A DNA stretch of 64,000 nucleotides from an uncultured virus (IMG/VR IMGVR_UViG_3300033148_003000) (taxonomy: Duplodnaviria > Heunggongvirae > Uroviricota > Caudoviricetes): IMG/VR virus record IMGVR_UViG_3300033148_003000, one strand, 5' to 3'. Of this stretch, positions 57,902-64,000 are shown in pieces (the first letter of the stretch is position 1; every line of letters starts with the position of its first letter). Both the position numbers and the translations under genes were made by a program. The notes under the pieces were generated by a model. It searched no databases. It saw only the letters and a list, made by a program, of their open reading frames with translations, and was not told the origin of the DNA.

Positions 57902-58090
57902 CTAATCATGAATTGGTTCAATTTTATAAAGTTTTAAATAAATAAAATTTGGAAATTCAAGACTATAAGAAACTTTATTTACAACATAAGGTATTGTTTG
58001 ATATGTTAATACATCACCAACTCTTGGAATAAAATTCATTTGTTTTTTAATCAATATTTTTCCATTACATGCAAATAAACAGTTATACAT
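57902..58090 (-). CDS. Hypothetical protein
   Basis: FIPRVGD motif. Confidence 0.55.
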   Translation of the reverse strand: MYNCLFACNGKILIKKQMNFIPRVGDVLTYQTIPYVVNKVSYSLEFPNFIYLKLYKIEPIHD

Positions 58091-58279
58091 TTAATTACCT
58101 TTCTTGTTTTAATACAAATTCGCAAACATTAGGACTATAACTGTTAATATTAATAAAATTATTTGTATATTATATCCCAATCCTTCACGATTATTTACAA
58201 TATTTTGTATTAATTCTATTATTTGTATTACTATACAAATTAAATATAAACATATAAGAAATATAACCATTTATCACCT

Positions 58280-58465
58280 TTACATACTAATTAAATAAAA
58301 TCCACCATATTCATTAAAATTTTCAATCTTGGTTAGTATACATGATCCACATAATAACCCACTACCTATAGGTTTATTTTTGGGTTTAATTTTCTCCCAT
58401 AAATTATCAGAAACCACAACATCTACTTTAAATTGTCGCCCACATTCTTGACATTTACAACTCAT
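58280..58465 (-). CDS. Hypothetical Zn-finger protein
   Basis: CQECG..LWEKI..LLCGSC. Confidence 0.6.
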   Translation of the reverse strand: MSCKCQECGRQFKVDVVVSDNLWEKIKPKNKPIGSGLLCGSCILTKIENFNEYGGFYLISM

Positions 58466-59066
58466 AATTTACAGCCACAATTCTACGACTACTATAATAA
58501 TCAACATCTTGTGTTGCCCTAACCAAAGGGTGGTCTTTCAAATGTTTATAGTTTTTAAAGAAATCTTTATGGTCTTCATATTTACCCCATCTACTCATAT
58601 GATAGGCGACCATTGCAACCAAAACTTCTTTAGATTCATTTGATATATTAATACTTTCCAACACCAACTCAAGTTCTTGCGCACACAGAGATGCATGATC
58701 TGGAATTGTTTTTAACTTTTGATGTTCATCAGACCACCGAAAACAGTGAGGTAAATCATGAATCAAAACTGCGGTTCTTAATAAGTTAGTGTTGTTTTCA
58801 CCAAAATTATAAAATCTTGCCGTTTGTTCAGCCAATACCGCACATTTTTTAAGGTGTATCAATTTACCCCATTCCCCTAATTCATCAAAGGGATGATATA
58901 ATCCACTTGTTGATGATGGATTTTGTAAAAACTCTAAAGGTGTCATGTTGTAAATCAATTCAACAACTTTTCTTAATTGTGGACAACTTATTTTTTCTGC
59001 ATATGGTTCAATTAGTTTGTAGTTATCTTGATTATTGTCTTTATCACTGGGTTTATTATTCATCAT
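58455..59066 (-). CDS. HD-domain phosphohydrolase
   Basis: PSSTSGLYHP..LIH..LIHD..DHA..YHM..DYYSSR. Confidence 0.8.
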   Translation of the reverse strand: MMNNKPSDKDNNQDNYKLIEPYAEKISCPQLRKVVELIYNMTPLEFLQNPSSTSGLYHPFDELGEWGKLIHLKKCAVLAEQTARFYNFGENNTNLLRTAVLIHDLPHCFRWSDEHQKLKTIPDHASLCAQELELVLESINISNESKEVLVAMVAYHMSRWGKYEDHKDFFKNYKHLKDHPLVRATQDVDYYSSRRIVAVNYEL

Positions 59067-59324
59067 TCTTCATCTCCTTATTTAAATATTTTTCTATTTC
59101 TTTTTGTATAATCATTTTTACAACCTTACTACGTTTGTATCATCTTGTTTATAGATATTCATCATAATCAAGACTTCTTGTCCACCACTTATCAGTGTCT
59201 ACATATTCTTTTAAAATCTTGATAATAATATCATTTCTAGATTCATCTTTATTATCAATATAATCTATAACGTTTTTAGGAACTAAAAGAGTAATTTCTA
59301 TTACCTTTAATATTTCAACACTTT

Positions 59325-59681
59325 TTATAACTCCATTATTTGTGCAAACTGTGTCAAATTTAGAGGTTCATTTAGTTTATAACCACCATGTTTTTGATTA
59401 AATGTTACTCTCACAATTGCAGGTACAACACCTGTTGATTTTAAAATACCAGCAACTAGTAGCGCATGCATCACAACATCAGTTTTATTTGACACTGCCA
59501 AACAATTGCAATGTAATGTTTGGAATGTTCTAACCAATTGTTTAATTATTTCAACATTTTTCAAAGTTGGTAATTCAGGTAAAGTTTCTGTAATTACAAT
59601 CCTTACACCTTTTTCTTTGATAATATCCTTTTCATTTTCAATATTAGACACATTCATTATTCTACAATGTTCTAGTTTCAT
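59325..59681 (-). CDS. Hypothetical protein
   Basis: AAGGAG RBS. Confidence 0.6.
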   Translation of the reverse strand: MKLEHCRIMNVSNIENEKDIIKEKGVRIVITETLPELPTLKNVEIIKQLVRTFQTLHCNCLAVSNKTDVVMHALLVAGILKSTGVVPAIVRVTFNQKHGGYKLNEPLNLTQFAQIMEL

Positions 59682-59788
59682 TCACTTACTCCTTTTAGTC
59701 GTTCTTCATTGTATTCACTACGTTCGTATCATTAATTTTGTTTATCTAACTATGTTCGTATAATTTCTCTTTTAATTTACTTAATTAT

Positions 59789-60487
59789 TTATTTAAAATT
59801 ATTATACATAATTGAAAAATCTTTTTTAACAATACATAAAATATCTTCAAGATTTTGAATTGTTTTATCACCATAATCTTCTAAACTATTCAAACATTTT
59901 CTTTTTAATGTTTTAATATTAAAATCAGGTTTAGTTATTTTGTAATCAACATCAAATGTCATTGTATTTTGCATAAATTTTAATCCTTTTATTCTATCTA
60001 TGAAGATTTTAAATTGAAAATTATTTTTGGATTCATCATTTTTAAATTGACATAATAACTTTAAAGTATAAAAGAAACATGGATCTTCGGCTCTTTTACA
60101 TTCTCTTTCATAACCTATTTCATTTAATATTTCAATATTTAATTCATCCATCAATTTCTTTAATTGATTATCGAAAATTTCCCAATCCCAATTTTTATAA
60201 TGATCATACGATTTAATAATATTTAATAATTCTGTATCATTTTGGTTGTCGATTGAAATTAAAAAATTATAAATATTATTTTCATCATTACTACAATAAC
60301 AGTCATAACTATATTCTTTACTTTTATATTCTTTATATTTAATGTAATATTTAATACCTTCATAATGACTTCTTGGGTTATAACGTCTTGTATTGATTTT
60401 TAATAATGGAAAATTAACGTGTTCATATTTATCTTCCATTGTTTCTTCATCTTTATCAGTGTTTATATTTTTAAAACCTTCAATCAT
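59789..60487 (-). CDS. Hypothetical protein, paralogue of 22174..23001
   Basis: Shared motifs with 22174..23001. Confidence 0.65.
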   Translation of the reverse strand: MIEGFKNINTDKDEETMEDKYEHVNFPLLKINTRRYNPRSHYEGIKYYIKYKEYKSKEYSYDCYCSNDENNIYNFLISIDNQNDTELLNIIKSYDHYKNWDWEIFDNQLKKLMDELNIEILNEIGYERECKRAEDPCFFYTLKLLCQFKNDESKNNFQFKIFIDRIKGLKFMQNTMTFDVDYKITKPDFNIKTLKRKCLNSLEDYGDKTIQNLEDILCIVKKDFSIMYNNFK

Positions 60488-60490
60488 TCT

Positions 60491-60802
60491 TTAATAATCT
60501 CCTTTATATATCATATTAGAAACATGATCATTATCCAATTGATAAATTTCATCATAAGTATTATACATATCGTCATCAACTTCTTCGAAGTTATCTCTTT
60601 CTTCTATATTTAGAAACATTGCAAGATCATCCAACACGTCAATAAATTCAATCAATTCATTAGTATTATTAAATGCCGTCTTACCATCTAAATGTACCGA
60701 CAATTTTCTAAACTGGGTTTCAGGTTGTAATTCAATACTCAAACCACCGAATGATTTTTTTGTTTCAAATTCTTCTAGTTGGTTGTTGTTTTCGTTATTC
60801 AT
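60491..60802 (-). CDS. Hypothetical acidic protein
   Basis: AAGGAG RBS. Confidence 0.6.
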   Translation of the reverse strand: MNNENNNQLEEFETKKSFGGLSIELQPETQFRKLSVHLDGKTAFNNTNELIEFIDVLDDLAMFLNIEERDNFEEVDDDMYNTYDEIYQLDNDHVSNMIYKGDY

Positions 60803-60819
60803 TGTTTACTCCTTATATG

Positions 60820-61050
60820 TTATTCACATTTCCGTAAATAGTTAATTTCTTCTTCTTGCGATTGAATAATTTCAATTAATTCTCTTATTGCATAATATTC
60901 AGGTGATGGTTCTTTAATAATTGTAACATCTGAATATTCCATCTTAACATCCGTTATAATTTTATAAGCAGGAACGCTATAATTTTTTGAACTATATATC
61001 CAAACATCATCATTAAGACTTTCATGATAAAATTCTTTTTGACACATCAA
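60820..61050 (-). CDS. Hypothetical protein
   Basis: ORF in operon. Confidence 0.5.
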   Translation of the reverse strand: MMCQKEFYHESLNDDVWIYSSKNYSVPAYKIITDVKMEYSDVTIIKEPSPEYYAIRELIEIIQSQEEEINYLRKCE

Positions 61051-62991
61051 TTACACCTTTCTAAATTTGTTTACAATTTTATCAACAATTCTGTCGAACC
61101 AAGGCTTTTGAGATAATTTATTTACAATCCAATGAACCTTTTCATCTAAATATTTAATTTTATCATCTAATTGAGTTAAATTTTGTTGCTCTATTTGACA
61201 ATTTCTATCAAACCCCGTTAAGACATAATTATTCACTCGTTTAATATATTCTTTAACACTATCAGATATCTCAATTCCTTCTTTTTTTATATCAGCAACT
61301 AAAGATTTATTATTAACTTCCAAAATATTTCTAAATGTTTCTTTTTTGTTGATTAATTGTTTTTCTTTATTAATTTTCTTATCTTCATTATTTTTATTGG
61401 GGATTTCTTTGTCTATTACTAACTTTTTAGGTACAACTTCTTTTTGAATTTCTGAAACTACAACTGGGTTTAGAACCAATTTGCCATGATTAGAAAAACT
61501 CATAATATGGGATTTTCGATAATCATTTATTTCTCTTATCCAAACTTGACCATATAGAATTTTACCAATTGGAATTACTTCACGTTTTTGATTTCCTCTT
61601 TTATTCAATATAAAAGAGCACCCAATATCGTCGGTTCGAATCTTGATATTGTATTCTTTGTAATAATTAACAAAATTCATCAAATCTTGTACATGTTCGT
61701 CATCTATAAATATTGATTCTGCATATTTATCATTTTTTAATATCTCGATTCCTTCTTTTCTTATATCATATGATAACATGTTAACTATTTTTGATCTGAT
61801 ATATTCCAAATTCTCAGTTAATACCTTGATTTGATTGATGGTTCTTACAGATTTTTGTTTATCAACTTCTAACAAATACTTAACAACTCCCGAAGATCTG
61901 CTACAACCATTTTTAGATTGTCTACAACCATCTAGTGATTGTTTATCAACTTCTGAAGATTGTTTATCAACTTCTGGTAATTGATCTTTAACATGAATTA
62001 TTTCTTTAACCAATTTTGGGTTATTTTGTGTTGTTTTTTTAATTTGTTGTTGATAAACTGGGAACACTTCTTTTTCACGTAAATCATTTATATTATTTGG
62101 AGTAACCAACCCATGTAATAAATATTGTAATGATTTTTGTTTGTATTGGGTATAATCTTTATTATATATATGAATAGTAGCTGGTCCATGTTTAGGGATA
62201 TAAATATTTTTTATCTTATTTCTATATTGATTAATAAAATTATTTATAGTCAGGACATGTTTTAAATTATTATCTAAAATAATGATATGATTTTTTTTAT
62301 TTTTATTATAATAAATATGGATTAATATTCGATCATCTTTAATTTCATATTTTTGTATACTTTGGATTTCGTTTTGTATATAATCTAAAGTATCAATTAA
62401 TTGAACACGGTCTTGGGAATCTCTTAACTGTTTTTGGTCTTTTATTGAGTTGTCTAACCCAACCAAAGATCTTTCTTTATCAGTCTTTGATAATTGGTCA
62501 ATTTCTTTTTGTAATTGATTACAACTATCTTCAGATTGACTTTTAACATCAAATAATTTATCGAAAATATATTTACATCTTGTATGAGAAATATGTATTT
62601 GTGATTTACGTAAATCATTATATTTTTTTAGATAGGATTTCCCATATAATATTGAAGTTATCGATTTATAATATGTTTGTTGTTTTTTTTCTTGAATGAA
62701 AAATCCTGGGTTTTTATCAAATGGTAATCTAAGTTTTATATACCTAATATCATATTTATTCAATTGTTCATAAATAAAACGATGTAATATTGAAATATGT
62801 TCTGTATCATTATCTAAAATCATTTGAGAATATTGGTCCTTATTATTTTCCGAAATGTTAATTAATATTCGGGATTTTTCAATCTCATAATTAACAATAT
62901 TATTAACATTTTCTTTGATGTAGTCTAATTTTTCCACCAATTCATTTGATACTTGTTTAGACATTAAACCGTTTTCTATTATTGTTGACAT
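61051..62991 (-). CDS. Large protein with three repeated domains (degenerate HNH-homing-endonuclease-like) and a heptad-repeat linker
   Basis: Three LDYI..YEI..I.I..ILD..LYG..NDLRKS repeats. Confidence 0.6.
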   Translation of the reverse strand: MSTIIENGLMSKQVSNELVEKLDYIKENVNNIVNYEIEKSRILINISENNKDQYSQMILDNDTEHISILHRFIYEQLNKYDIRYIKLRLPFDKNPGFFIQEKKQQTYYKSITSILYGKSYLKKYNDLRKSQIHISHTRCKYIFDKLFDVKSQSEDSCNQLQKEIDQLSKTDKERSLVGLDNSIKDQKQLRDSQDRVQLIDTLDYIQNEIQSIQKYEIKDDRILIHIYYNKNKKNHIIILDNNLKHVLTINNFINQYRNKIKNIYIPKHGPATIHIYNKDYTQYKQKSLQYLLHGLVTPNNINDLREKEVFPVYQQQIKKTTQNNPKLVKEIIHVKDQLPEVDKQSSEVDKQSLDGCRQSKNGCSRSSGVVKYLLEVDKQKSVRTINQIKVLTENLEYIRSKIVNMLSYDIRKEGIEILKNDKYAESIFIDDEHVQDLMNFVNYYKEYNIKIRTDDIGCSFILNKRGNQKREVIPIGKILYGQVWIREINDYRKSHIMSFSNHGKLVLNPVVVSEIQKEVVPKKLVIDKEIPNKNNEDKKINKEKQLINKKETFRNILEVNNKSLVADIKKEGIEISDSVKEYIKRVNNYVLTGFDRNCQIEQQNLTQLDDKIKYLDEKVHWIVNKLSQKPWFDRIVDKIVNKFRKV

Positions 62992-63257
62992 TTAATAACC
63001 TTTCTTTAAATTTTTCTAACTTTTGTTAAATATTTCCTCTAGTTCTTGTTGTATCTCATAACCTTTTAAACTATAACCTAACATACATATCCCTCTAAAT
63101 AATTTCTTTTCAGTTATTTTTCTTTTTTTTTTGTTTCTTGCATAACTTTCATAACCATTTCGTCGATAAGTTTACAGGTTTCTTGAGGGATGGGATTTCG
63201 GTAACAATAATTTTTAAGTTCTTCAACTGTTATTTCTTGTTTGTCCATTATTAACAC

Positions 63258-64000
63258 CTATGAAGATTTTGAATCATCAACTTCGTTTAAATCATCGGTT
63301 TTCACACTTTGTAAATAACCAATCATTCCGCCCAAAATTCGATGAAATTCTTCAGGATTATCGATACCATATGTTAAATCACTCAGAAACCCAGTGCCTT
63401 TCATAGTTATTCCAATTTGTGTTCTATCTTCAAATATAAAACCATGTAATCTAACACAATCATAATTAAATCTGTACGTTTGTTGAAAATCTTTAATATT
63501 GAAAGGTTTTACATTATCATACTTACTTGAATTAGGTGACTTTAATTTCCAAATTTCTTGTTGAAAAGATTCTAATTGTTTTTCCATTTTACTTACTTGT
63601 TCTTTTGATAATGTAAGTTCTTTAGATGTTTTAATATATTCTATATTGGATCTTTCAATTTGATTTTGTAAAACATTTGAATGATTTTTTAATTCCTTAA
63701 CTTCATTTTGAAAAGACTTTAAATGCCCTGTCATATTGGATACTTGTTGTTTGGTTTCCGTTAATTTTTGTTCTGTTTCCTGTAATAGACCATAAAAAGT
63801 ATCATTTTCTAAAATATTAATATGATCTTTCATTTCTTCAATTTCAACACATTGTTTATTGTAATCACTTTGAAATTCTCGAATAACATCATTTTGAGTG
63901 TCGATTTCTTTTTCTTTTAATACTGTATCATTATATTGTGATTCGTTTTCATCTTTTAATTCTTTAATAACATCAACTTTTCTATTACCTTCTTCATTCA
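63258..64000 (-). CDS. Coiled-coil hypothetical protein, 5' end outside window
   Basis: Frame of ORF 63258..63833 stays open to the window edge. Confidence 0.6.
   Translation of the reverse strand, partial: NEEGNRKVDVIKELKDENESQYNDTVLKEKEIDTQNDVIREFQSDYNKQCVEIEEMKDHINILENDTFYGLLQETEQKLTETKQQVSNMTGHLKSFQNEVKELKNHSNVLQNQIERSNIEYIKTSKELTLSKEQVSKMEKQLESFQQEIWKLKSPNSSKYDNVKPFNIKDFQQTYRFNYDCVRLHGFIFEDRTQIGITMKGTGFLSDLTYGIDNPEEFHRILGGMIGYLQSVKTDDLNEVDDSKSS

Noticed and set aside
17937..60613. Other opposite-strand or nested ORFs (e.g. 17937, 18059, 21675, 24230, 26061, 26394, 40859, 41367, 42276, 44111, 47842, 50300, 50726, 51874, 52337, 52741, 53005, 53964, 56053, 58907, 59506, 60419)
   Set aside because: They overlap better-supported genes and have no convincing RBS or motif.
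1..64000. tRNA, tmRNA or rRNA genes
   Set aside because: No cloverleaf or T-loop signature recognised by eye; tRNAscan-SE or ARAGORN is needed to exclude them.

Overview
A 64-kb segment of a large, very AT-rich, contractile-tailed (myovirus-type) phage genome in the standard genetic code. 1-17.2 kb (minus strand) is a virion morphogenesis operon: prohead protease/scaffold, major capsid, neck proteins, tail sheath and tube, tail chaperones joined by a GGGAAAG -1 frameshift, tape measure and baseplate. 18-28.5 kb (plus strand) holds accessory genes: an internally deleted TnpB element, CCA-adding enzyme, YopX, C5 DNA methyltransferase and antitoxin-like genes. 29-64 kb (minus strand) is mostly small early/host-takeover-type genes behind strong sigma70-like promoters, including two L7/L12-CTD-like proteins, DUF932, HigA/XRE, a GGQ release-factor-like protein and an HD hydrolase. 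Most unusual observations: (i) families of 21-30 bp micro-insertions with TGAT-containing flanking direct repeats inside unrelated genes, one of which frameshifts a gene; (ii) large intergenic blocks built from shared modules: phased TTAGWA-N7-TGGTACCA repeats, an ungapped ~125-bp element, AATAGCCTGGG and ACACTAAGG motifs, and a promoter-boxA-repeat-terminator unit with no long ORF. All family calls come from motif recognition and gene order by eye; no database searches were run.
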